This document shows positions 51,361 through 61,151 of a stretch of 64,000 bases of DNA, piece by piece. Location of the stretch: contig CAVSDR010000006.1 of assembly GCA_963726745.1 (NCBI GenBank), positions 960,001-1,024,000 of the forward strand, in the 5' to 3' direction. How positions within the stretch are numbered: position 1 is the stretch's first letter; every line of letters starts with the position of its first letter. Source of the DNA: an uncultured Verrucomicrobiae bacterium. GTDB lineage: Bacteria > Verrucomicrobiota > Verrucomicrobiia > Chthoniobacterales > UBA10450. The position numbers and the translations under genes are program-made. The notes below the pieces were generated by a model, which was not told the origin of the DNA, did not search any database, and saw nothing but the letters and a program-made list of their open reading frames with translations.

Positions 51361-52528
51361 ATGGCCGGCCTCGTCATCAAACCCCGCGCGCGCATCCTCC
51401 ATGGCCACGACTGGGTCTTCACCGGCGAAGTCCTGAAGGCGTTTGGCAACCCGGTGGACGGCGAGGTCGTCTCGCTCAAGGACGGGAAGGATCGCTTGTT
51501 AGGCAGCGCGATCTACAACAGCAAGTCGCAGATCGTCGCGCGGCGTTTCTCGCGCAAACGCCAGGAGCTCGACCTCGATTTTTTCCAGCGCCGAATCGCG
51601 CAGGCGCTGGCATACCGCGAACGCCGCGGGATCGATCCACGTCTTTGCCGCCTCGTCTGGAGCGAGAGCGACGGGCTTCCCGGCGTGATCGTCGACCGCT
51701 ACGGCGATCACCTGGTGCTGCAGACGCTCACCCTCGCGATGGACCAGCGGAAGGCGCTCATCGTCGAAGCGCTGCGCACGCTCGGGCCGCGCGCGATTAT
51801 TGAGCGAAACGATGCCAGCGTCCGCCGGGCCGAGGGGATGGAGCTGCAAACCGGCGTGCTCTTCGGCGAGGCGCCGGGAGAGATCGAGCTCGAGATCGGC
51901 GGGCTGCGTTTCGTGGTCGACCTCCTGCAGGCGCAAAAGACCGGCTTCTACCTCGACCAACTGCCGCACTACCGCGCGGTCGCGGAGTTCTTCCAAGGGC
52001 AAACGCGTGCTCGATTGCTTTACCAGCCAGGGCGCCTTTGCGCTCGCTTGCGCGAAGGCCGGCGCCGAAACCGTGATCGCGGTCGAGGGCAGCAGCGAGA
52101 GCCTGGCGGCGGCGCGCGCCAATGCGGAGCGGAATGGGCTCAAGGTGAATTGGGTCGAGCAGGACGTCTTCGATTTCCTGCGCGCGGCCGAGAAGGCCGA
52201 GGCGCAATACGACCTGATCATCCTCGATCCGCCTTCCTTCACCAAGACCAAGGGCGGCTTGCACAACGCCCTGCGCGGTTATCGCGAGCTGCACGTGCGC
52301 GCCTTCAAGTTGCTCTCGAAGGACGGGATGCTCGCGACTTTTTCCTGCTCGCACCACGTGGGCGAAAACGCCTTTGCCCAGATGCTGGCCGATGCGCTGG
52401 TCGATGCCCACCGCTCCGCGCGCCGCCTCCGGCGCTTCGAGCAGGCGCTCGATCACCCGGTGCTCCCGACTTTGCCGGAGACGGAATATTTCAAGGGCGT
52501 CCTCCTGGAGATGATGCCGGGTCGTTAG
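51361..52528 (+). CDS. RlmI-like SAM-dependent rRNA methyltransferase (apparent frameshift near 51990)
   Basis: PUA-like GHDWVF, ESDGLPG, QKTGFYLDQ, VLDCF, LDPPSF, SCS. Confidence 0.9.
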
Positions 52529-52536
52529 GCAGCAAG

Positions 52537-53249
52537 ATGATGGACCCGGAAAATTTAGACAACGAGTTCGCCGCGCTCGCGCCCTGGATCTTCCAGTTCC
52601 GCATCGGTGCGCGCGATTTTGGCGGCGGGATCAGCGCGGTGGGCGATGAACGCCTGGCGCAGTTTTGGAGTTTCGCGCCCGCGCGCGCGCCGCATCCTCG
52701 AGCTCGGTTCGCTCGAAGGCGCGCACACCGTGCAACTCGCGGCCCGGCCGGGAGTGGAGGAAGTGGTCGCGATCGAAGGGCGCGCGGCTAACATTCGCAA
52801 AGCCGAACTGGTCACGCGCCTGCTCGAAGTGCGGAACGTGCGCTACGTCGAGGCGAACCTGGAGACGACCGACCTCCTGGCGCAGTTCGGCCGCTTCGAC
52901 GCGATCTTTTGCTCCGGCCTGCTTTATCACCTGCCGGAGCCGTGGAAGCTGATCGAGCAATTCCCGCAGTGTCGCGCCTTTGCTCTTCGTCTGGACGCAT
53001 TACTCCGATGACTTGATCGCCAACGAAACCCGCCACGAAATGCGCGGGCAGGTGCACGTGGAAGGCGGGCCGGACGAGCCGCTCAGCGGCATGTCTGCGA
53101 CCGCGTTTTGGCCAACGCTTGGATCGCTGACCAAGCTGCTCACGCGTTCCGGTTACCGCACGATCGAGTTCATCCGTCACGACCCGACGCATCAGAATTC
53201 CCCCGCGATCACTTTCGGCGCGCGGACTGCGGATTACCTCGACGCCTAA
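52537..53249 (+). CDS. class I SAM-dependent methyltransferase (two apparent frameshifts near 52685 and 52970)
   Basis: PWIFQF, ILELGSLEG, AIEGR..N, FDAIFCSGLLYHL..P; three consecutive frames join. Confidence 0.8.
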
Positions 53250-53252
53250 CGA

Positions 53253-54054
53253 ATGCAGTGGTTCATCGGGATCAACGAAGGCTGCCCGGCCTGGAAGCAG
53301 TATGCCGACATGGCCAAGGTGGCGATCCACACCGCCCTCCGGCATACGCAGCTTGAGCCGCATTGCCTTTACGATGGCGGCGAGAATGACTTCACCGCCT
53401 GGCTCCGGCGGCGCGGCGTGCGGATTATCCCGTGCGAGAGTTTCCTCCGTCCGGAGCTGGCGCAACTGGCCGACCGGATGGGCAATCCCGAGCTCCTGCC
53501 GGCAACGCGCGGGGTCTTCCTCCGGGTGGAATTGCCCTCGCTGCAGGAGCGCCTGGGCCTCGACGACCGCGTGCTTTACACCGATTGCGACGTGATCTTT
53601 CGCCGCGACGTGGCCGAGATCTTGTCGGCTAACGAGTGCAAGTATTTCGCGGTCGCAGTCGAGTCGGACCGCACTTTAGCCGACGACATGAACTCGGGAG
53701 TGATGTGGATGAATCTCCCGGCGATGCGCGCGCGCGACGCGGAGTTTCGCGCGTATCTCCGGGAGAACATCGACGCGCTCCCGGCGATGAGTTGGGATCA
53801 GGGCGGCTACCGGAATTTCTACCGCTCGGCGGAAGGCCGGCCGCTCTGGGACACGCTCTCGCCGGAAATGAACTGGAAGCCGGTACTGGGGCGACGAGGC
53901 TTCGGCGCGAATCGTGCATTTCCACGGGCCGAAGCCGTTCCAGCAGCCTTACATCGACTCGCACTACCAGGAGTTGAAGTTCCTCACCGGCGGCGCCTAT
54001 GCGGAGGTTTGCGCGGAGTGGGCTGAGCTCCTGCGCGAGGCCGACGCGGCCTAA
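53253..54054 (+). CDS. GT8-like glycosyltransferase (apparent frameshift near 53880)
   Basis: LYTDCDVIF (DxD), NSGVM, WDQG, NWKP then YWG...HFHGPKP in the shifted frame. Confidence 0.8.
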
Positions 54055-54060
54055 CGAGCG

Positions 54061-55083
54061 CTACTTTTCCGCAACCGCGAAAAGATGCAGGTGCACCGGG
54101 ATGCCTTCCGGCATCCTTAGGGGATGCGGCGCGTAGCTGGTGACTTCCACCGTTCGAAAATGCCGCTGGAGAAGGGCGCGCAAGCTTGCGCGGGTGAAGA
54201 AGTTTTTGTGATCCGCCTCGAGCAAATGCCACGGCACCACCTGCCAGGCGCTGAAGTAGGGAATGACCTCGAGATTCGGGACCGAGAAGAGCGCCCGGCG
54301 GCGGATGGAACGCGCGATCTCGCCGAGAAAAACCTCCGGCGCAGCGATGTGCTCCAGCACTTCCACGCAGATGGCGTCGTCAAATTCCCCGTCCGCACAG
54401 GGCAGATGGGCGCCTTCGACTTTGCGAAAGGGCAACCCGCGCCGCTCGAGTCGCGCCCAGCAATCCGGCGTCACCTCAAGGCCAGTCCACGCATGGCCCG
54501 CGGCGAGCAGCGCCGGTCCATACGCGCCTGCGCCGCAGCCGACGTCGAGCACGGAACCGCCCGCGGGGAGATGTTGTTCGAGCAACGAAAGCGTTTCGCC
54601 ACCCGGCGTTTCCACCGGCGGACCGGAACCGTAAATGCGGTCGCGCGGAAGCACCTCCTCTTGCTCGGGGTGAACCACGTCGCCATAGGGGCGCGTCTCC
54701 AGTTGCGCGGAAACGAGCGTCACCTCCGCAGTCGCCATCTTGCTGGCTAAATTTTCCCCAGGCCACTCGGCGGTCACGGTGAGCTCCGCGGTTTCTGCCG
54801 GTCCCGCGGCGCGCGCCAGGATGCGGAAGCCAGTCGGCGTGTCCGCGGGCAATTGCATCGCCGCGCAAACATCCGGCCTAACGAACAGTAGCCGCGTCTC
54901 CCCCACGCACGCGCCGTTGACCCAGGCGCGCACCAGGCAGGCAGCGGGATCGCGCTCCGGCGCCCAGAGCCAGCCGCTGAGCAGGAACGCTTCCGCGAAG
55001 AGCTTCTCGCCGGCGCGCGGTTCATCGAGGTAAGCCGTGGCCCCCTCGAGCATCGGCCAGGATGGGAGCGCGGCATCGGGCAT
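54061..55083 (-). CDS. class I SAM-dependent methyltransferase with N-terminal Ig-like (RPDV) domain
   Basis: VLDVGCGAG, FD...CVEVLEH, SVPN; N-terminal GW...RPDV...GF. Confidence 0.85.
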   Translation of the reverse strand: MPDAALPSWPMLEGATAYLDEPRAGEKLFAEAFLLSGWLWAPERDPAACLVRAWVNGACVGETRLLFVRPDVCAAMQLPADTPTGFRILARAAGPAETAELTVTAEWPGENLASKMATAEVTLVSAQLETRPYGDVVHPEQEEVLPRDRIYGSGPPVETPGGETLSLLEQHLPAGGSVLDVGCGAGAYGPALLAAGHAWTGLEVTPDCWARLERRGLPFRKVEGAHLPCADGEFDDAICVEVLEHIAAPEVFLGEIARSIRRRALFSVPNLEVIPYFSAWQVVPWHLLEADHKNFFTRASLRALLQRHFRTVEVTSYAPHPLRMPEGIPVHLHLFAVAEK

Positions 55084-55235
55084 GGAGCGACAGTTAAAGC
55101 CTCGTCGGCCCGCACGCGACGCGATTTTCCGGAAACTTCCTCGGGAAAACTCTGGAATTCACGCGCTTGAAGTCTTATATCCCTGCACGGGCAGCCCGGC
55201 GCCGATTCGCGCCTCGGTTCCCGTAAATCCACCCC

Positions 55236-55859
55236 ATGGCCGAACGAATCCGACCGATCGAACAGATGCTCGAACTTAACGAAGGCGAAGCCGGTTCCAC
55301 GGAGCATCTCGACTCGCAGGTCCAGAAGGCGCAGGAGCAATTGCTCGTGCTCAAGCGCCAGCAGGAGCAGATCGAGAAACAAAAGCGCGAGCTCGAGGAA
55401 TTGAGCCGCCGCCAGGAAGAGCTGGAGCGCGGCCGCGCGGAAATGACCGACAAGCTCACGCGCTCGCTCGTCGTCCTGGAGCGCGAAGCCTATGACTCGC
55501 AGAAGAAGCTCGAGCAGATTCGCGCGACCCGCGAGAGCTTCGAGCAACACCTCGAACTGCTCGAGGCGATCGATCCGAAGAGCTGGAACCAGGCGGACCT
55601 GCACAAGGAATTAAGTCGCTCCCTAAGCACGGTGGACGATGCGCGCACCGAGTTTAGCCAGCAACGCAGCCGCCTCTCCGCGACCACGAGCGACGACCAT
55701 GGCGAAGTGGCGCTCCCAGACGCGGCCTCCGACTCCTCGTTAGGCGGGAGCAACAATTTCGTCCAGTGGATGCAGATCGGTTTTGCCTTCACCTTGCCGC
55801 TGATCGTCCTCGGGCTGATCGCGCTCCTGCTCGTCTTCCTCCTCGTCCCGCGCGCCTAA
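55236..55859 (+). CDS. coiled-coil protein with C-terminal TM
   Basis: E/Q/K/R-rich heptads; C-terminal hydrophobic helix. Confidence 0.8.
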   Translation: MAERIRPIEQMLELNEGEAGSTEHLDSQVQKAQEQLLVLKRQQEQIEKQKRELEELSRRQEELERGRAEMTDKLTRSLVVLEREAYDSQKKLEQIRATRESFEQHLELLEAIDPKSWNQADLHKELSRSLSTVDDARTEFSQQRSRLSATTSDDHGEVALPDAASDSSLGGSNNFVQWMQIGFAFTLPLIVLGLIALLLVFLLVPRA

Positions 55860-55862
55860 TCG

Positions 55863-56228
55863 ATGCCCCGCCGACCTTCCAAAAGCGGAACTCCGCTGAC
55901 CGCCAAGCAGGAAGAGCTGGCCCGGCGCGAGCAAAAGCTGCGCGATGAAATGCAGCAGCTCGAGCGCGAGATCGCCGAGGCCCCGAAGCGCGCCGCGGAA
56001 AAGTCCCGCCGCCAGCGCGAGCAAATACACGAGCGCGCGAGCGCCGGCGGCAGCCGGCTGGATGTCTCGATCGCGCTAAACGACAAACGCTTTCTCGATG
56101 GCGGCCGCTACAGCGGCAAGCGCGGTGCCTTGCGCAAGGAACGTCGCGAAGGCCGCTTCGTTTTCCTGGTGCTGGTGATCGCGCTGGTGGTCGCGGTGCT
56201 GTGGTTGATGAGCAACCTGCGCTTCTAG
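55863..56228 (+). CDS. coiled-coil protein with C-terminal TM
   Basis: Heptad N-terminus, basic patch, terminal TM FVFLVLVIALVVAVLWLM. Confidence 0.75.
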   Translation: MPRRPSKSGTPLTAKQEELARREQKLRDEMQQLEREIAEAPKRAAEKSRRQREQIHERASAGGSRLDVSIALNDKRFLDGGRYSGKRGALRKERREGRFVFLVLVIALVVAVLWLMSNLRF

Positions 56229-56236
56229 CGCGCACC

Positions 56237-56518
56237 ATGGCCGACTTCGACGTGGCCGACGTCGCGCGTCTCGCGCGCCTGCAGCTGACCCCGGAGGAGA
56301 CGGCGCTTTTCCAGGGACAACTCGCGCGCGTCCTGCGCTACGCCGACGAGCTGGCGGGGATCGACGTGACCGGCGTGGAAGCGGCGGCTCATTCCATTCC
56401 AATGTTTGATGTCACCCGCGCGGACGAAGCACGGCCGGGCTTCAGCGCGGAGGAAGCGCTGGCTAATGCGCCGCGGCAGGCGAACCACCTTTTCCTGGTG
56501 ACCAAGGTGGTCGAATGA
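56237..56518 (+). CDS. gatC: Asp/Glu-tRNA amidotransferase subunit C
   Basis: VARLARL, L..IDV.GVE, R.DE, ALANAP, F.V.KV. Confidence 0.92.
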   Translation: MADFDVADVARLARLQLTPEETALFQGQLARVLRYADELAGIDVTGVEAAAHSIPMFDVTRADEARPGFSAEEALANAPRQANHLFLVTKVVE

Positions 56519-57950
56519 CGCCATCGATCGCGGAAGCGCGCGCACTTCTGCAGGCGGGCGAAGTTTCCTCGCGCGAATTGCTCGAGACGCTGCATGCGCG
56601 GATCGAGGAACTCGATCCCCAGCTCGGTGCTTATCTTTCGCGCGACCTGCCCGCGGCGCTTCGCGAGGCGGAGCGCGCCGATCTTAGCCAGCCACTTGGC
56701 GGCGTGCCGATCGCGCTCAAGGACAACCTCAATCTCCAGGGCCAGCCCTGCACTTGCGCCTCGCGCATGCTGGCAAATTTCCAATCGCCCTACGACGCCA
56801 CGGTTGTGCAAAAGCTCCGCACGGCGGGCGCGATCCCTTTCGGCAAAACCAATCTCGACGAGTTTGCGATGGGTTCCTCGACCGAGAACTCGAGCGTGCG
56901 CCCGACGTTGAATCCGTGGGATCGCACTCGCGTGGCCGGCGGCTCGAGCGGCGGTTCGGCGGTCGCAGTCGCGGCGGGGCTGGCGATTGGCTGCGCTCGG
57001 CACGGACACCGGAGGCTCGGTGCGACAGCCGGCGGCCTTTAACGGCATCGTCGGCCTGAAGCCAACCTACGGCCGCGTCTCGCGTTACGGCGTGGTCGCT
57101 TACGCTTCTTCGCTCGACCAGGTGGGACCGATGACGCGCGACGTGCGCGATGCCGCGCTCGTGCTGAACGCGATTGCCGGACACGATCCGCACGATTCTA
57201 CTTCGCTGCGGGAAACAGCCGGCGACTTCACCGCGCTCCTCGGCCGCGATTTGCAGGGCGTGCGCCTGGGCGTGGCCCGCGAGCATGCGCAACCCGGGAC
57301 CGATCCGCAGGTGCAGGCGGCGGTGGAGGCCGCGGCGCGGCAATTGGAGTCGTTAGGCGCGGAGCTCGTGGAAATTTCCCTGCCGCATACCGAGGTCGAC
57401 GGTGGCGACCTATTACCTCCTCGCGACCGCCGAGGCGTCGGCTAATCTCGCGCGCTACGATGGCGTGCGTTACGGCCATCGCGCGGAGCAGCCGCGCGAT
57501 CTCCTGGAGCATTACACGCGCACGCGCGCGGAAGGGTTCGGCGCGGAAGTGAAGCGCCGCATTCTCCTCGGCACCTATGTGCTCAGCGCCGGCTATTACG
57601 ACGCCTACTACCTGCGCGCGCAAAAGGTGCGCACGCTCATCCGGCAGGATTTCGCGCGCGCCTTCGAGCAGGTGGATGCGATCCTCTCGCCGACTTCGCC
57701 GGTCCCGGCGTTCAAGCTCGGGGCGCACACGGCCGATCCGCTGCAGCTTTATTTAGCCGACATTTTCACCGTGCCGGCGAATCTCACCGGGCTGCCCGCG
57801 CTGAGCGTGCCGTGCGGTTTCGCGGAAGTGGAGGGAGCGCGCCTGCCGATCGGCCTGCAACTTATGGGGGACGCGCTCGACGAAGCGCGCCTCTTGCAAA
57901 TCGCCTACGCCTACGAACAAGCGACGGATTGGCATCGCGCCCGGCCATGA
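56515..57950 (+). CDS. gatA: Asp/Glu-tRNA amidotransferase subunit A (apparent frameshifts near 56985 and 57398)
   Basis: [55 protein letters not shown]. Confidence 0.94.
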
Positions 57951-59197
57951 GGAGCCCGCGTCATTTCCGGCTGCTCGCGGCGCTCTTCGCGCTCGTGGTC
58001 ATGACCTTTTCCGCGATCGCAATTGCGAATGCGCTCCTGCCCGGAAAGACGATCAAGGACTACGAGCTCTGGCATGCCACCGGCCAGCAGATGCTCCACG
58101 GCGAGGCGATCTACCCGGAGAAACGCGGCGCGAAATTCGACTTCATGTATCCGCCGGCCGCAGCCGCGTTGCTCGCGCCGGTGAGCTTGCTCGGGCGCAC
58201 CGGTGTGGTCGTGGCGTTGGCGGCGATCACAGCAGCCGCGTGGCTTGCGAGCATCCTGCTCTCGGTGCGCCTGGCGACAGGCAAATGGGGGCGGCAACAC
58301 TTCCTGCTCTACGCGCTCCCGAGCCTGCTCGTGATCGTTTACGTCTGGAGCAATTTCCACATCGGCCAGCCGAGCCTCGTGCTCCTCGCGCTGCTGCTGG
58401 GCGCGTTTCTCGCGCTGCAAACTTGCCGGCAAATTTTAGCCGGCGCGCTCATCGCGCTCGCCGCGGGGATCAAGGCCTTCCCGTTTGTCGCGATCGTTTA
58501 TCTGCTTTATCGCCGCTACTGGATCGCGGCTGCCTCGCTCCTGCTCGCGCTCGTGCTGCTGCTTTTCGCGTTGCCCGCGGCCTTCCGCGGAATCGATGGC
58601 GCGCGCGCCGATCTTGTCCGCTGGACCGAGGGGATGCTCTTGAAATACGACGAGAAAGGCGTGGCCCAGCGCCCGGGCCGGAGCAATTCCTGGAAGAACC
58701 AAAGCATCTTCGGCGTGGCCAATCGCCTCCTGCGGCACATCGATGCGGACGAGCAATACAACCGCCACGTGCCGATCTACGTGAACCTGGCCGACCTGAG
58801 TTTCACCGCGGTGAACCGCATCGTCGTTGGCACCGGTTTGCTTCTTGGACTGGTCTATCTCGCGGTCATGCCGCGACGCGATCGGCGCACCCGCGAGAGC
58901 GATGCGCTGGAGTTTGCGCTCTTCCTGCTGCTCCTGCTCATGTTCACGCCGCTGGCCTTTGGTTACCTCTTCGCGACACTGCTTTATCCGTTTACCGTAG
59001 TCGTGGCGCGCCTGCTCGCGCGGCCGCAGCGTTCGCTCTGGATCGCCGCAGGAATTGCCGTCGCGCTGCTCGCGCTCACGCTGCCCTTCCAGCGCGGGGC
59101 GCAACTTTACGGGAACACCTTCCTCGCCACGCTCACCCTTTTCCTCGGCCTGGCTTGGGAGCTTTGGCGGCTGAAGCGCACCCCGCCCGCGGCCTAA
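57947..59197 (+). CDS. GT87 (DUF2029) polyprenol-phosphate-dependent glycosyltransferase
   Basis: KDY, FMYPP, GQ, IKAFP, NQS; multi-TM; ATGA overlap with gatA. Confidence 0.85.
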   Translation: MRSPRHFRLLAALFALVVMTFSAIAIANALLPGKTIKDYELWHATGQQMLHGEAIYPEKRGAKFDFMYPPAAAALLAPVSLLGRTGVVVALAAITAAAWLASILLSVRLATGKWGRQHFLLYALPSLLVIVYVWSNFHIGQPSLVLLALLLGAFLALQTCRQILAGALIALAAGIKAFPFVAIVYLLYRRYWIAAASLLLALVLLLFALPAAFRGIDGARADLVRWTEGMLLKYDEKGVAQRPGRSNSWKNQSIFGVANRLLRHIDADEQYNRHVPIYVNLADLSFTAVNRIVVGTGLLLGLVYLAVMPRRDRRTRESDALEFALFLLLLLMFTPLAFGYLFATLLYPFTVVVARLLARPQRSLWIAAGIAVALLALTLPFQRGAQLYGNTFLATLTLFLGLAWELWRLKRTPPAA

Positions 59198-59904
59198 CGA
59201 CTCCGCCGCCGGAAGACTGCCGCGAGCCAGCGGAGCGCGAAGATCGCGGCCACCCGGAAGCTCATCTTCGAGGCCCCGCGCGCGCGGTCGCGGAAAGCGA
59301 TTGGGATTTCGATTACGCGCAGCTTGGGCCGGCCATGGACGATGATCTCGAAGGCTATTTTGAAACCGGTCGCGGCGGAGGCGAGTGCGAGGAGCGACTC
59401 GCGCCGGATGGCGAAGAAGCCACACATGGAATCGTGCACGCCGGTCAGCGGGTAAGCCATACCGGCGGCCACGCGCGACATCGCCCGCCGAGGCAACGGC
59501 CAGCCTGGCGTGGTCCCGCCGCGGACATAGCGGCTGCCGATAACCATGTCCGCGCGGGCTTCGGTGATTGGTCGGATTAACTCCGGGATGCGCTCCGGCG
59601 GATGGCTCAAGTCGGCATCCATGACCACGAGCAAGTCGCCGCTCGCAGCCTTTGCCCCGGCGATGACCGCGCCAGCCAAGCCGAGCGTGGGCGCGTGGCG
59701 CTCGAGCAAGCGCACGGCGTGCGCCGCTCCCAGGGCGCGGACGCGGGCTTGCGTGCCGTCAGTTGAGCCATCGTCGACCACGATGATCTCGCGGCAGTCC
59801 GGCATCGCCTGGAGAATTTGCCTAACGAGCGGTTTGACGTTCTCCGCCTCGTTCAAGGTCGGCACGATGACCGAGAGCGTTTGCGCGGCGATAGGAGGCG
59901 GCAC
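59194..59904 (-). CDS. polyprenol monophosphomannose synthase-like GT2
   Basis: VIVPTLNEAEN, VVDDGSTDGT, MDADLSHPP, GSRYV.GG, F.DR..G.SKM; GTG start inferred. Confidence 0.9.
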   Translation of the reverse strand: MPPPIAAQTLSVIVPTLNEAENVKPLVRQILQAMPDCREIIVVDDGSTDGTQARVRALGAAHAVRLLERHAPTLGLAGAVIAGAKAASGDLLVVMDADLSHPPERIPELIRPITEARADMVIGSRYVRGGTTPGWPLPRRAMSRVAAGMAYPLTGVHDSMCGFFAIRRESLLALASAATGFKIAFEIIVHGRPKLRVIEIPIAFRDRARGASKMSFRVAAIFALRWLAAVFRRRSR

Positions 59905-59912
59905 AGTAAGCG

Positions 59913-59985
59913 AGCCGAAGACGGGACTCGAACCCGTGACCTGCTGATTACGAATCAGCTGCTCTACCAACTGAGCTACTTCGGC
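59913..59985 (-). tRNA. tRNA-Thr (anticodon CGT), CCA not encoded
   Basis: GCCGAAG acceptor stem, TAGCTCAGTTGGTAGAGC D arm, GCTGA-TTCGTAA-TCAGC anticodon arm, GGTTCGAGTCC T arm. Confidence 0.96.
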
Positions 59986-60055
59986 GAATGCGGGAGCCGA
60001 AGATGGCACCCACGGCAGAGACGGGCAAGCGGAAGCTCGCCTGCCAGCTCGCTGT

Positions 60056-61045
60056 CTATTTCGGCAGCAACTCGCCCACGAGGCCTTGTTCTTCCTTCAA
60101 CTCGGCGACGGAAGCGTCAATCTTCCCGCGGCTGAATTCGTCGAGCTTCACGCCTTGGACGATCTCCCATTTGCCATCGGCCGTGGTGCGGATCGGGAAG
60201 GAAGCGATCAGGCCCTGCTCGATTCCGTAGCTGCCATCGGAGCAAACCGCGACGCTGTGCCAATCGCCCTGCGCCGTTGGGTTGGTGAGGCTGCGGACGG
60301 TGTCGATGATCGCGTTCGCGGCGGAACCGGCGGAGGAAAGGCCGCGCGCCTTGATGATCGCCGCGCCGCGTTTCTGCACGTCGGGGATGAAGGTTTCCTT
60401 GAGCCAGCTCGCGTCCGTGATCACGTCGGTCGCCGGTTTGCCACCGATCTTGGCGTTGGTGAAATCAGGATACTGCGTGGCGGAATGATTGCCCCAGATG
60501 GTCATGTTCGTGACCTCGGTCACGTCCACGCCGGCCTTCTGCGCGAGCTGCGCCTTGGCGCGGTTTTCATCGAGCCGGGTCATGGCAAACCAGCGGTCGC
60601 CCGGGATGGAGCGGGCGTTGTTCATCGCGATCAGGCAATTGGTGTTGCAGGGATTCCCGATCACGAGGATGCGCACATCCTTGGCCGCGTTCGCCTCGAT
60701 CGCCTGGCCCTGGCCGATGAAGATCTTGCCGTTGATCCCGAGCAGGTCGCCGCGTTCCATCCCCGCTTTCCGCGGGACACTGCCGACGAGCAGGGCCCAA
60801 TTCACGTCCTTGAAGCCTTCGTTCAGGTCGGAGGTGGCGACGATTCCCTTAAGCAGCGGGAAGGCGCAATCGTCCAGCTCCATGACCACGCCCTTGAGCG
60901 CGTCGAGCGCCGGCGGAATCTCGATCAAGTTCAACTGCACCGGCTGGTCGGGGCCGAACATGGCGCCGGAAGCGACCCGGAAAAGGAGGGAGTAACCGAT
61001 TTGCCCGGCAGCGCCGGTAATCGCGACTTTGATCGGAGATTTCAT
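60056..61045 (-). CDS. mdh: malate dehydrogenase
   Basis: [46 protein letters not shown]. Confidence 0.97.
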   Translation of the reverse strand: MKSPIKVAITGAAGQIGYSLLFRVASGAMFGPDQPVQLNLIEIPPALDALKGVVMELDDCAFPLLKGIVATSDLNEGFKDVNWALLVGSVPRKAGMERGDLLGINGKIFIGQGQAIEANAAKDVRILVIGNPCNTNCLIAMNNARSIPGDRWFAMTRLDENRAKAQLAQKAGVDVTEVTNMTIWGNHSATQYPDFTNAKIGGKPATDVITDASWLKETFIPDVQKRGAAIIKARGLSSAGSAANAIIDTVRSLTNPTAQGDWHSVAVCSDGSYGIEQGLIASFPIRTTADGKWEIVQGVKLDEFSRGKIDASVAELKEEQGLVGELLPK

Positions 61046-61053
61046 CTGACTTC

Positions 61054-61151
61054 TTTAGCCACGGATGGACCCGGATGAAACCCGGATTTTCGAAAGAAGA
61101 GCCCCTTCTGCCTTCCATCCGTGTTTCATCCGTGTTCGTCCGTGGCCTAAA
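61054..61151. repeat. inverted-repeat element built from ~10-bp tandem units (CACGGATG/CATCCGTG)
   Basis: TTTAGCCACGGATGGACCCGGATGAAACCCGGAT ... ATCCGTGTTTCATCCGTGTTCGTCCGTGGCCTAAA. Confidence 0.85.

Noticed and set aside
59913..59985. tRNA-Thr as an integration site for a genomic island
   Set aside because: No integrase and no duplicated tRNA 3' end seen; flanks are housekeeping-like.
59905..60009. N-terminal extension of the GT2 ORF (59194..60009)
   Set aside because: The extension is translated tRNA-Thr sequence; a start near 59904 is more plausible.
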